Assembly: GCF_004010195.1 (NCBI RefSeq)
Contig: NC_057758.1
Span: 7,418,630 to 7,482,629, forward strand
DNA length: 64,000 nt
Direction: 5' to 3'
Origin: Chiloscyllium plagiosum
Taxonomy: Eukaryota
The notes below the pieces were generated by a model. That model saw only the letters and a program-made list of their open reading frames with translations. It had not been told where the DNA came from and searched no databases. Each line of letters opens with the position of its first letter. The first letter of the stretch is position 1. Position numbers and translations under genes: made by a program. Below, piece after piece: positions 13,421-25,154 of the stretch.

Positions 13421-13869
13421 AGAATCTGGGAGCAAGAGGTTGGAACTTCAGAATAACTTCACAATCTGACAAGAAACGATTGGAAAGATTCTACAAGAGA
13501 TCTGAATCTGGGAACAACGGACTGGAGCATTCCTTCAAGGGAACCGAATCTGTAAACAATGAACTTGATATCTATAAGTCATTTCAAGAGTCTATCCTGG
13601 TATCTTTTCGGACCATGATCACCTCTCATTACGATTCAAAGTACAATAACTGCTTTAAAATATTGATTGTTATTGCTATATTATTATTGGTTTCATTGGA
13701 GTTTCTGGTAAGCCACTCTATTCAGCCATTGACTGTAAAGCTACATTTAGTTTATGAGCCTGCTTTCAATTCTTCACTCCCCATACTCTTTGTTGCTGTC
13801 CGCTTTCCTTTCTTGAACCTCTGTATCCGGAAATTGGAGGTGGAAGCATTTTTGTGAGCACGGAATAAA

Positions 13870-15330
13870 GAACATAGAATGTAACATATTATAGCACAGT
13901 AATGGGTCTTTAAATCACCATGTCGGGCCTTACACGACCGCAAATTGAATTATTCTAATCCTTTTTTTCTGCCTTGAGTACATTTCCTTCTATCATGGCA
14001 ACTTCATGTATTTGTCTGCGATACCCTTAAACTCCATATGTTATCAGCCTCCATCACTACCACTGGAAGAGCTATCTAGAAGTCTAGCACTGTCTATGTC
14101 AAATACATGCGCTTCTCAGCTCCTTTTAACTTGGTCGCTCTCACCTTAAATGCACAGGCAAAGACAATGAACTCTGATAATAAAATTTGGACCGTCAACC
14201 CTATCTATGTAAATCATTATTTTAAAGGCTTACATCAATTCTCCCCGAGCCTCCGCCTCTCCAAAGAAACAAATCCGAGTTTTCCAGTCTCTGCGTATAG
14301 TTCATATCTACTAATCTACAAAGTATCCTGAAAAGCCTCTCTTATACTCTTTGCAAAGCATCTACAACCTTCCTGTGATGCGGCAATACTGTTGGATGCA
14401 ACAGTTCAAGACCCGCCGAACTAAAGTCCTACAAAGCTGTAACATGACAATTTGACGCTTCCACTCCATTTCTAGATCAAAAAAGGTAAGCATGCCGTGT
14501 GCTTTCTTTAAAATACCATCGCGGCAATGTTCAGGGAGCTATAAACCTAAACCCCAAGATCCCTCTGTACATCAGCGCTTTCCGCGTCCTGCCAATGACT
14601 GTACAGTCCTTAACAGTTCATCGCCAAAAATACTGCACCACACCTTGACGTGAATTAAAGTAACTTTACCATTTCTCCTCCCAAATGTCCAATTGATTTA
14701 TGTTCCGCAACATGCTTTGAAAATCTTCCAAACTATCCACAAATCCGTTGATATTTGTAACGTCTACAACTTACTAACCCCCTTCCCCAACAACATGTGC
14801 ATTTTCGTCCAAATAATTTATATTCATCACAAATAGCAGGGGTCATCCGTAGCACGCAAACAGTCTCTCACATCCATCGAGAAAAATACCCTTCCAACGC
14901 TGCCCGCTTCCTTCTCTGAGCAAGCCAACTCTAGAACAAAGCAGTCAAACTATCGTCGACCCCAAGCGTTTTTAATCTTCCAGATGAGCCGACAATGAGG
15001 GACTTACTCGAAATCATTACTGAAATCAACATAGACAACTCCCAATGCTCCACATCGATCACCTTCGTCACCTCCTAGAAAAATTCAATCATTTTTGACA
15101 GGCATGTCATATCCAGCACAAACCCCTGTTGACTAGTCCTAATTAAGCCATTCTTCTCCAAATACGCATAAACAAAAATTGCTAAGTAATCCATCCAATA
15201 GCTACCCAAGCAACGATGCACATCTTACTGATTAATCCTATTTACCTTGCCGAAAAGAGAAAGAACATGAGCTACTCATCGTTCCTCTGCTACATCTGCA
15301 GAGGCTAGCGAGGATACAATGATCTTGGTC
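13870..15330 (-). mobile_element. Old CR1-type LINE 3' portion, degenerate
   Basis: Reverse-complement similarity, seen by eye, to the other CR1 copies, from the 3' tail (GAACATAGAA) through the RT region (SQQGFVLDMTCL, VDVEHWELSMLIS). Confidence 0.65.
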
Positions 15331-15594
15331 TGCAAAGTCCCTGAAGAATTTTTTGAATGTGGATAGGGCCAATGTCATGAATCAATGTTCATTCATCACT
15401 CTGGAAAGCTTGAGTCGTGTCTGCCGTTGGCAATCAAATGTGCGAAGTTCAAAAATGCCCATATCAGAGCAGAATGCAACACATACTCTTTGAAAACTGG
15501 CTCAATTTTGACTTCACTTCAAGTTCGAAAAGGTGTATTCCTATTATTCGTATTTCTATTTCAGACTGAAACATCGATCCAGAGAAAAAGGCGA

Positions 15595-16400
15595 ATGAGA
15601 AATCGGTCCTTAACTTCTGCTCCCGTCCATCCATGCCCCTCATAATTTAGTAAACATTTATACGGTCACCAACCAGCCTCCGATGCTCCAGTGAAAACAG
15701 CCCCAGCCTGTTCAGCCTCTCCCTATAGCTCAATCCCTCCAACCCTGGTTACATATTTGATTTTTTTTTTCTGAACTCTTTCATGTTTCACAACATCTGC
15801 CCGATAGGAAAGAGTCCAGAATTGCACGCAGTATTCCAACAGTGGTCTAACCAATGTCCTTTACAGCCACAACATGACCTCCCAACTTCAGCACTCAATG
15901 CTCTGACCAATGAAGGAAAGCATACCAAACGCCTTCTTCATTATCCTATCTAACTGCGACTTCACTTTCAAGGAGCTATGAACCTGCACTCCAGTGTCTC
16001 TTTGTTCAGCAACACTCCCGTGGAACTTACCATTAAGTGTATAAGTCCTGCTTAGATTTTCTTTCCCAAAATGCAGCACCTCGCAGTTATTTGAATTAAA
16101 CTCCATCTGCCACTTCTCAGCCCATTGGCCCATCTGGTTAAGATCTTGTTGTAATCAGAGGGAATCTTCCTCGCTGTCCACAACACATCCACTTTTGGTG
16201 TCATTTGCAAACTTACTAACTATCTCTTATGCTCGCATCGAAATCATTTATGTAAATGACAAAAAAGGACCCAGCACCGATACTTGTGACACTCCACTGG
16301 TCACAGGCCTCCAGTCTGAAAAACAACCCTCTATTCCCCACACTGTCTCTTCTACTTTTGAGCCATTTCAGTATCCAAATTGCTAGTCCTCCCTGTATAG
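15595..16400 (-). mobile_element. CR1-type LINE RT fragment
   Basis: QWAEKWQMEFNSNNCEVLHFGKENLSRTYTLNGK and FVIYINDFD. Confidence 0.9.
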
Positions 16401-17250
16401 GCACCAGTATGTGAGAATATATAGGAACGATAGCTATGTGAATCAGTGGGTTTGCATTAGATATTGGTGGCCAACCTATGATCACAAATGGAAATAAAGA
16501 CATCGAGGACAGGAAGGGGAAGTCGGATATGGGCCACGTGAAGGTGAAAGCGAGGTGGATATTGAAAGTGAAATAACAAAGTTATCTTTATAATTCTGAA
16601 TGAGAAAAGGAAACAGCATCAATCATGTCATTGATTCCCAGAGAATCGGGTGATGGCGAGATTAAACTGAAACAAGGAATTTTCCATGTAACCCAAAAAG
16701 AGATAGCCCTTTTAGAGGCAAACGTGGTACGCCCGATCATCCATTTGTTCTGAAAAAAATGAGTATAGGTAAAAACTAAGTTGTTCAGGGTGTCGGTATT
16801 CTTGGCATGTGGTGGAGGTTGTTCGTTGATGGGGCTATTTAAGGTTTGGCTTGAATGAAGAAATGGAAAGCCCTTGGACCATTCCAATGGAGCACGAATG
16901 TGTAAAGGGTTTGTGCGCACATGGTAAAAACGCATTTGGACAAAGGCATAGACATGAAATATTCATAAAGATTTGGGCTTAGTCCCAAAGGAAAATGGCG
17001 TTAGTGCTCTTGGACGTTTCTGTCAGCTTTGCCCAGTTTGAGCTGAATCGCCTGTATTAATACTGGGGGATTTTATGACACTATGACTATGACTGGAGCC
17101 CGCAAATCTGAAACTGGCATGAAGTGTATGACGAATCACGAGTGGGATTGGGAAGACGGAAAATTTCGAGTTGAGGTTGAAAATGATGCAAACTGTCGGA
17201 TATGGACAGGAAGAATCAATATGTCGGAATACTGTCGATTCTTTTAGTAG
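16400..17250 (-). mobile_element. Old PLE reverse transcriptase fragment
   Basis: Minus frames give GINDMIDAVSFSHSEL...FNIHLAFTFTWPISD, collinear with RYIDDCIGATSCSHEEV...FHPDLKFTW in the younger PLE at 30044-30556. Confidence 0.6.
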
Positions 17251-18477
17251 CAACGTTTTCCGAATCAAACCTGTTCCGACTCATTTTTCACACCTCTGGA
17301 GCAAGAGGAACATGTTCCAGGGGCAGGCGTCCAAACTACTGTCCTAGAATTGTGCCCGTGGTTTCGATTTAATCTCTCTTTGTTGATCCTTACCATGTCA
17401 GTGCGTGTTTGCTCAGCACTTTTAGTGAAGTGATCAATTTTTGCCACGTCAATTTTCCAGAATAATTCATTTTGAGAACTCGTGAAACAACCATGCACTC
17501 TAATATCGGATTTTGCTTCACTGTGTATATTGGACTGCCTTGTTGTCCCTTACAGACTATTGTGAGCACCGGTCGACTACATTTTTCTGTGTTGTTATTA
17601 ACATTGATTCACAGTATTACCTCTAATTTTAATCAAGCATTGTGATATTATTCACTTTTTTCCACTCTTTTTTAAAGCAAACTGCGTCACAGTTTAGATT
17701 CTTTCACCAGAAAAAAATGTTTACATGTTCGCAATTGCAACCACAGGTCTACGGGTTCTGATCAGGAATGTAATACTCTATTACATCCTCAGTTATCACT
17801 TTCCCGTATTATTCCTGTCCTTTACACCTCTTTGTAGGTTGACTTGCACATTAATGGTGTCAGTCTGGACTTATCTGCTGGGTGCATTGTCGCCCTCGCT
17901 TTTGTTAATAATTGAGCGAGAACTCTCAAAACGTTTTTGAGCGTGTAACTTCGCTCTTTGTTTCGCGAGGTGCAAAGTGGATATTCCCAATGTAAATTAC
18001 CTGGGGAGAATTCCAAATTTTATACAATCAAATTTTAGTTAGGGAATTACGAAAAGAAACAGAAAGAACAGAAAACAGATCGTCGGGTAACTTATCCTAT
18101 CCAAACCCGACTGAATGATGCTGTTCCGAAAATACTTGCAGTAGTCCTAGTACACACATCCCTTCGCACAAACAGCGCAATTAAAGACATGTTTCCAGTT
18201 TTCCAAGAGCGAAACAAGTCCAGCAGCGTTTCACACCTCCCCTGCTGTATGTGAACTGACTCAAGATCTGAACAGAGAAAAAGAACTAATCTAAACGAAG
18301 GAGAGCTATGCAGCGAGCTTGCAATTCCCCTTTGATCATCCGCTTTTTTAAGATGTGAAAATCTTAAGCTGGAGATATTATCTGTTCGGGTAAAGAGAAA
18401 GGCCCCACTGAACATATCAAGCTGCAGACATAATGGAGCCTCGCAAATTACACACTTACATTTAAAAAAAAAAGGCA

Positions 18478-18752
18478 TAGTGAACAGTGTCTTGACGCAA
18501 CATCTTTTGTGTGTGTTGGGGTGGTTGCTTTCGTAGTTTAGGACTTGGCCTGTGTGTGTGGCTTTCCTGTATACCTTTGTGGTGAATTCTCCGTTCGGTG
18601 TTCTCTGTACCATCACGTATAGGAATGGGAGTTGGTTGTCATTTTCTTCCTCTCTAGTGAATCGGATTCCTGTGAGTGTGGCGTTGATGATCCGGTGTGT
18701 GTTCTCTATTTCTATTTTTTAATGATTACAAAGGTATCGTCTCAATATCTGA
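18478..18752 (-). mobile_element. PLE RT C-terminal segment (inverted 5' part of the adjacent element)
   Basis: Minus frames read DDTFVIIKK...IRFTREEENDNQLPFLYVMVQRTPNGEFTTKVYRKATHTGQVLNYESNHPNTHKRCCVKTLF. Confidence 0.88.
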
Positions 18753-18764
18753 CCCAGGGTTTGT

Positions 18765-19550
18765 TTCAAGGCACTGTTCAAAAGGGGCACAACACACTGC
18801 AGCACACCAGAACTGCAAAAAGGGGAAGAGGAACACCTATACAACGTATTCCCCAAAAACGGACACCCCCGCAATTTCATTAAGAGATGCCTAAGGGAAA
18901 GACAACGGAATGCGGGCATTCCATAACCCAAAGGACTAGCCACACTACCATACATCAAAAACATTTCTGAACTAACAGACAAACTACTGCGACTACTGGG
19001 ACTCTTAACAGCGCACAAACCAACAGCCACTCTCAGAAAACAACTCACCAGTTCGAAGGACCCGATACCCAGCATGAGCAAAACCAATGGAGTCTACAAA
19101 ACCCCATGCAAGAACTGCAAAAACACTGCATAGGGCAAACAGGAAGACAGCTAATGATCCGCATCCATGAACACCAACTAGCTACGAAACGATACGACCA
19201 GATATCCTTAGTAGCCACACACTCGGATGACAAGCAACATTAGTTCGACTGGAACAACACTACTATGATAGGACAAGCCAAACAGAGAACAGCCAGGGAA
19301 TTCCTCGACGCATGACACTCATCCATTGATTCAATCAACAAGCACATCGACCTGGACCCAAAATACCGGCCGCTGCAGCGGACAGCTGGAACTGACAACC
19401 GGAAGCGGAAGATACAAATCACGATAAATGCCGGAGGAAACATCACAGAAGCGATTCACAGGAGGCTCCCCAGCACTGAGGATGTCACCGAGACAGGCGA
19501 CGAAACGTCTGCAACACAAATTCCCAGCTCGGCCGACAGAACCACATCAA
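18765..19550 (+). mobile_element. PLE 3' part: RT thumb, GIY-YIG endonuclease and terminal repeat
   Basis: LFKRGTTHCSTPEL...LATLPYIKNISE...TNGVYKTPCKNC...GRQLMIRIHEHQLA...AREFLDA*HS...INKHIDLDPKY. Confidence 0.9.
19473..19512 (+). ncRNA. Minimal type I hammerhead ribozyme motif in the PLE terminal repeat
   Basis: GCA-CTGAGGA-T-GTCACC-GAGACA-GGCGAC-GAAAC-GTC-TGC: full core, stem I GCA/TGC, 6-bp stem II with one mismatch, and palindromic ACGT in place of helix III. Confidence 0.8.
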
Positions 19551-21252
19551 CTCAAATATTGTCTTGCCAGAACCCTACTTAATGTCTCTTTCTCAATCGT
19601 CAAATATTTCTGCTGATGAACATTCAATTTCCTGGCGAAATATTTTAATCTTCTCGCCATCTTCCTGCAGGAGCGGAGCATTGACACCCACATCGCTTGC
19701 ACTGATAGCCGCCTTGAAAGGCTTTCGGTAATCAGGTGTGACTAGTAATGGGGCAGTGGTTAAAACAGTCATCAGGCAGGGAAACGGCTTCTGCCAGTCC
19801 GCTGTCGACTGAACCGCCTTGCCTTTCTTTCGCAATCAGTGAGTGGAGCTACCAGACTGCTAAAGTATTGCACAAATCTCACAGAAAATCGACGCAATCC
19901 CATGAAACCAATTACTCTGGTTTTTGCATCACCTGGAACCATTTGTCCATGTCCAATAGCATGACCCGTTAAGTTGACTTGGGCTTTCGCAAACTCACTT
20001 TTAGTTATTTTTTACCAAGCTTGTCTTGCAAATTCACTTGAACAAGACTGATAAATGTTGCAAATGTTCCTTCCATGAGTGACTAAAAATCACCAGATCA
20101 TCAATGTAGCAACACAGTTGGCTAATATGCCAAGGGTTTTTTTAGTTAGTCACTGTAATGAGTCCGCAGACATTTTCATACGAAATGGCATGAACTTAAT
20201 GTGACACAGTCCATTTGGCGTTACGAAAGCTGAAATGGCGTTTATTCTTTGTGATAGGGGCATCTGCCAGTAGCCTTTGAGCAAGTCTACATTTGAAAAT
20301 TAACATGCTTGTTCCACCTTTCCAAGACAGCTTTCCAATCAGGGGATTGATTATGCACCAGTCTTTGTAACGGCACTGCCTTTGCGGTCGTCGCCAACTC
20401 CCCAGCTCTATTTAATCGATCCATAAAATGTGATTTATAATCCTAATGTTTGGTCTGTGAAATCTGACTAATTTCTCCTTCATCAAATTTAATGATTCTC
20501 TCACTTCATGCCCAAAAACAAATTCAAATCGATTGGATTTGGTCGGTTCGCTTGGTGAATCTCTGACGGGAAGAAAGTGATGGCATTGCCTTATCACTAC
20601 CATCTAGATAATCCTGACTATAAGTCCTCAAAATAGTCTTTCCTGTTTTGATGCCAGCTTTCTTGAGCAGCGTTCGATTGCTTTCTGCTGATGCTGTCCG
20701 TAAGTTCATTAAGTAGTTTGGATGTGAAGATTGACACTTGACCTGACTGTACCTCTATTAGTAGTCGGTATTTAAAAAAACTGATTCCTCTACAATCCTA
20801 TTATCTGTGATATTGTGTAATGGAATTGCCTAAGGAAATCTCATCGGCACATCCATTACTTTTTTTTTTAACAGATATTGAGTCACACTTTTTGTTTGAG
20901 ACAGGGGACACAGGCAATTAATCAAGACTCTTGCAAAAGTTTCATCAACTGCTGGAATAGGTATTAAAGTGCAGGTTATATTACCTCCTGAGGTTTTGCA
21001 ATTTCCTGACATATGTCACACATCCGGCAAAGGTTAGTTTAATCCTTGTGCAAGCCAGACCAGTAAAAAAGTATTTGTATTTCAGCCTGTGTTGTCCTCA
21101 CTCTGAAATGTCCTTGAAGTAACAGCTCATGTGCCACTCGCAACATTTCTTTTTCTATACCCCACTGGTGATACAATTTGATAAATCTCTGCCCATATCT
21201 CAAATGCTTGAAAAGGAGGTGGTCTCCATTTCTTTAGTAATACATCATTTTT

Positions 21253-21424
21253 CAAAGTTAAAAATCACACAACACCAGGTTACAGTCCAACAGGTCTAAT
21301 TGGAAGCACATGAGCTTTCGGAGCGAAAGCCAGTGTGCTTCCAATTAAACCTGTTGGACAATAACCTGTTGTTGTGTGATTTTTAACTTTGTACGCCCCT
21401 ATCCAATACCAGCATCGCCAAATA
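21253..21424. mobile_element. Palindromic short insertion with 12-bp TSD, probably PLE-tail-derived
   Basis: Inverted arms spanning 21253-21391 centre on GCTTTCG-GAG-CGAAAGC. Direct repeat ATCATTTTTCAA at 21244-21255 and 21425-21436; removing the insert restores YLKNDVLLKKWR. Confidence 0.8.
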
Positions 21425-23027
21425 ATCATTTTTCAAGTAATAATACACATAGATACAGTCAGAATGCAACTGTCTATATGGTTTTTGATTAAATTTTGTT
21501 TAAGATTTTCCTCTATCTGCTGCAACACAATGCGTTCTGCAGAGGTAAACATATTTCCATGACAATTTCTTTGTTATTGTTTTGTCCCAACCGTCTGATT
21601 GAACACCATCTTCGCCATTTCAGCTTCCTATCTGTACTATTTGATCACTTCGCCTTCAACTGATGACGTTGTGACCTCCTTATTCAGGAAACAATCCCAG
21701 ATAAGAAGTTTGCATTCCTGGGTTGCTTGAGTGTCTACTGGCTTTTTGATTACAGTGGGAAACACGTGTACTAGTGAATCAGCTATATCATTTAAAAGGA
21801 CAAATTGTATTCCTGGAGCCGAAAGTTTGTCCAGTACTTCGATCACAAATTTTGTACTTTCCTCTGGACACTCTCACTTCACTTTGCATAATTGAATGCA
21901 GTTTGTCTGACCATGAATTCCCGCAACCTGCATCTTTTCGAGCAATAATCCTTCAGGAATATATATCTCCTCATCCTTCAGCACCGCAGACTGAGAGCTT
22001 CCTGTGTACTTTAATAATGTAACAGCTTTTCCTGCTATTCCTGGCCCATTAGAATTAAGTTTACATTTACAGGAATATATTTTTGAACAGATCAGGCAGT
22101 TGCTCCTTCATTAAACTCTGATCAGCTTGTGCACTCCCATGCAACTTTCTATCTCTCCCTGCACTTTCTGTTAGTTTTGCAACAAAATGTCCAGGCTTAT
22201 CCTGATTTCCCACGTCTGGCTTTCCTGTGCTCCTCCATGTCCAACAACACTGTGATTTCATGTGGTTCACTTCATTACAATCAAAACACATCAGCTTTTT
22301 ACCTTCTTTGACACTTCAATGATTTTCTTTTTATACTGTGGGAAGGTGTCCTTTTCATCTACACTGAGGATTTGTTTTTCCCCAAATTCTATCAGTCATG
22401 GATTTAAATTGATTCGGATGCCAAAACGTGTTTTCTGGGCAAATGCATCGTCATCAGCTACTTCAGCTGCTAACGTTGACTGCTTAACTTTCTGATATTC
22501 CACATACGTTCGCACGACGTTGGGCAATGAATTTTTAAAGTACTCCAAATTTATTTCCTCACTACCTACTTCGTGATTTTGCTACACTTTTACAGATTTT
22601 ATCCACCTGTCAAATTACTTTGGTTGATCTTTTCAAACTCAGCATAGGTTTGACCAAGGACTCCCCTTCGAATCCAGAATAGTTTCAGTCGGCATCTGAT
22701 ACAGGTTTATATGCACTTAAGATAGCTTTGTTCCCTCTCTTTATACTCCCTTGATACCTTTTCTGTCAGTGATGCAGATGGCTCACTCGCACTTATTACC
22801 AATTTTGTTTTCATCAACAAACCCTACATGGTCATTGGCCAATGTATTTGTTTAGCCACTTTTTGAAATGAGATAAAAATGGCTTCCACATCGTGTTCAT
22901 GAAATTTAGGCGATGCTTGAACATACTTAAACAGCTTCGCACCAGTCGTTTGACCACCTGGGAATCAACCTAATTTTCTTGCCATTTTATATCGTTCATC
23001 TCCATTGTTTTCTGCTGACTTGTATGT

Positions 23028-23232
23028 AGGCGAATCTGAGGACAGCAGATTCTGGAGATCAGAGTCTAGATTAGAGTAGTGCTGGAAAAGCACAGCAAGC
23101 CGGGCAACATCTGAGGAGCAGAAAAATCGACGTTTCGGGTAGCGTGTTGACGGGTTCCTGCCCGAAAACTCGAATTTCATGCTCCTCGGATGCTGCCTGA
23201 CCTTCTGTTCTTTTGAAGTACCACTCTAACAT
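23028..23232. mobile_element. Fold-back (head-to-head) PLE-tail element inserted in Gypsy gag
   Basis: AGAGTAGTGCTGGAAAAGCACAGC...CGACGTTTCGGG faces CCCGAAAACTCG...GATGCTGCCTGACC...ACCACTCT. Confidence 0.78.
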
Positions 23233-23934
23233 TAACTTGCCTTTTTAAGTGTCAATTTCTGTAGTTCAAACTCTGACTTCCTCTCCTGCGAGAGCCCTTT
23301 GTTCGCTTTCTTTCTCTTCTGCTAAAGCCCTTCGATCTTTCTTTCGCTCTCTTCTGATTTTAATCGTGATTGAAACTGTTTTATTTCTGCTGACCTTCGC
23401 GGCTCTCTCGCCTCTTACTCAAGCAGATTCATTGGCAATTGAAGTGTTGCAATCTCCACAGAACATGATGGCGTTTCCAGAAAATCCAAACGCTCAGCCA
23501 TTGCTGAAATCATCTCATCATTCCCCACGTTAGCTGGTAAGTTCAACCTCAGCTTATCCAATAATTCACGCATGTGGGTCATATCTGCCTTTTGTAAAAC
23601 TCCAAGAAAAGTCTTGCTGACTGAAAAAGACATTGCTTGCCGAGCTATGCTTAAACCAATCAAATTAACACCCGAAACAAAAGACACTAAGACCTACCAC
23701 TCGTTGCTGAAATCCAGCAGCAACCCCCTACCTATTTTGGACTAGGCGAGAGCCCTCGAAACATCTTCAACCAGGTATCCCAGACTGCAAATTTGCTATT
23801 TATTTCGCTCAGTCTATAGTGGATATTTCTGGAGTAAAATAGATAGGTGGACTTCAAACTTTTAAGCAAACAAGATATATTGACAAAATTATGAAATGAA
23901 ACACAAAGAAAATACAACGGAATGGTTGGATAGT

Positions 23935-24085
23935 GGGAAAGTGAAGACTGCAGATGCTGGTGAATAGAGTCGGGAGTGTGGTGCTGGAATAAAGCACAGC
24001 AGGAATATGATGAAGGGCTTTACCGAAACGCCCATCTTCCTCCTCCTTTGATGCTCCCTGACCTGCTGTGCTTTTCCAACACTGA
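23935..24085. mobile_element. Fold-back PLE-tail element with degenerate hammerhead core
   Basis: Reverse tail, then ATGATGA-AGGGCTTTACC-GAAAC, then forward tail. Confidence 0.7.
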
Positions 24086-24489
24086 CATCTCGTATCCAAT
24101 GCAATACCGACTTCATGATGCTGTTCTGAAAAATACTTGCAACAGTCGAAACACTCACATCCCCCAGCACAAACAGTAAAACAACAGAAAAGCTTGCAGT
24201 TTGTCGGAGAGAGAGCAGTCCAACAGCCTTCACACATGCCATGCAGTGACTGATCTGTTTCAAGTTCTGATCTGAAAAAAAAACCTAAACGAAGGCTATC
24301 TATTCATCTAGCTGTTCATTCTCCTTTGATTATTTGTTTTTTTCTAAGGCATGAAAGTGTTAAACTGGATGTAGTATCTGACAGGGTAAAGAGAAAGACA
24401 CTACTGAACTACAGATATGATGCACCCTGGCCAATTACCCCAGCTCCAGAAAACAATGCATTAAGGTCTTAGTAACCTTGTTACATAAA

Positions 24490-25154
24490 CAGTTCTGGAA
24501 CACATTTGATCGATTTGCCGTCAGAACTATCAAAAGCAGTACTCTATCAAAAGAATTGCAATCCTGTTAGTACGAGACATCACGGGTGTGATCGTATCGC
24601 AGAAAATGACAGTTTTTTTTTGTGGCTTATGAACCTGAAAAAACAATTATTGAAGAATAGTGGGGCAGCCAGGTATGAACAACTTTTTTTCTTGACTGCT
24701 GCCTGGCTAAAGTGCGCCTGCCTTTGCACCACCTGAATGATTGCCTTACCTTTACTCTGATTATCTTGTTATATTTCGTTAACTGTCCAACTTACTGTCG
24801 TGGCAAACAGACAGCAGAACTTCAAGGATCAAAGTGATTCAAAAATGGAGACCTTCAGAAAGCCCCTCCTATATGTCAGTAAGTTTTTCCTTGGTCTGGT
24901 TGACAATTGCCTTGACTTTAGGTGTTCCTAAACTAACGAGCACCGTTTATTACGAAGGCATCTGGACAAACGCTAAAATCATCGCCATTGAAGTTTTAGA
25001 TGCCTCGCAGGTTTTTAACTGTTTTCGAAACCATTGTATTTATGCAGTGACAACGATCAAGTTCAGAGCAGAGTTGAAGAATATGAAAAAAATATCCGTG
25101 GATGCTAATTTGGCGATAAGGTCAACAGAAATTTGTGAAATGAATTCAATGTAG
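24490..25154 (+). pseudogene. GPR139-like class A GPCR pseudogene fragment (TM3 to helix 8)
   Basis: Frame-switching translation FWNTFDRF, KQYSIKRIA, FFVAYEPEKTII, LTVQLTVVANR, DQSDSKME, SVSFSLVWLT and NHCIYAVTTIKFRAELK is collinear with the receptor at 59932-60837. Confidence 0.7.

Larger units (their letters stand above)
19557..23700 (-). mobile_element. Decayed Gypsy LTR retrotransposon internal region, Gmr1-type (gag with SCAN-like region and CCHC, then IN, RT, RNase H)
   Basis: Minus-strand order: PKFHEHDVEAIFISFQKVAKQIHWP; EYFKNSLPNVVRTYVE; CFDCNEVNHMKSQC; VAHELLLQGHF..FYWSGLHKD..CRMCDICQ..IPIPAVDETFARVLINC; VDLLKGYWQMPL..SAFVTPNGL..MPF; LTTAPLLVTPDYRKPFKAAISASDVGV. Confidence 0.85.

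Noticed and set aside
13066..13857. 263-aa ORF with an ER repeat
   Set aside because: It spans a (GA)n microsatellite and has no recognisable domain.
23700..23930. 5' LTR and primer-binding site of the Gypsy element
   Set aside because: There is only a weak GAGGGCTCTCGCC resemblance to a tRNA-Pro PBS and no second LTR in the window to confirm it.
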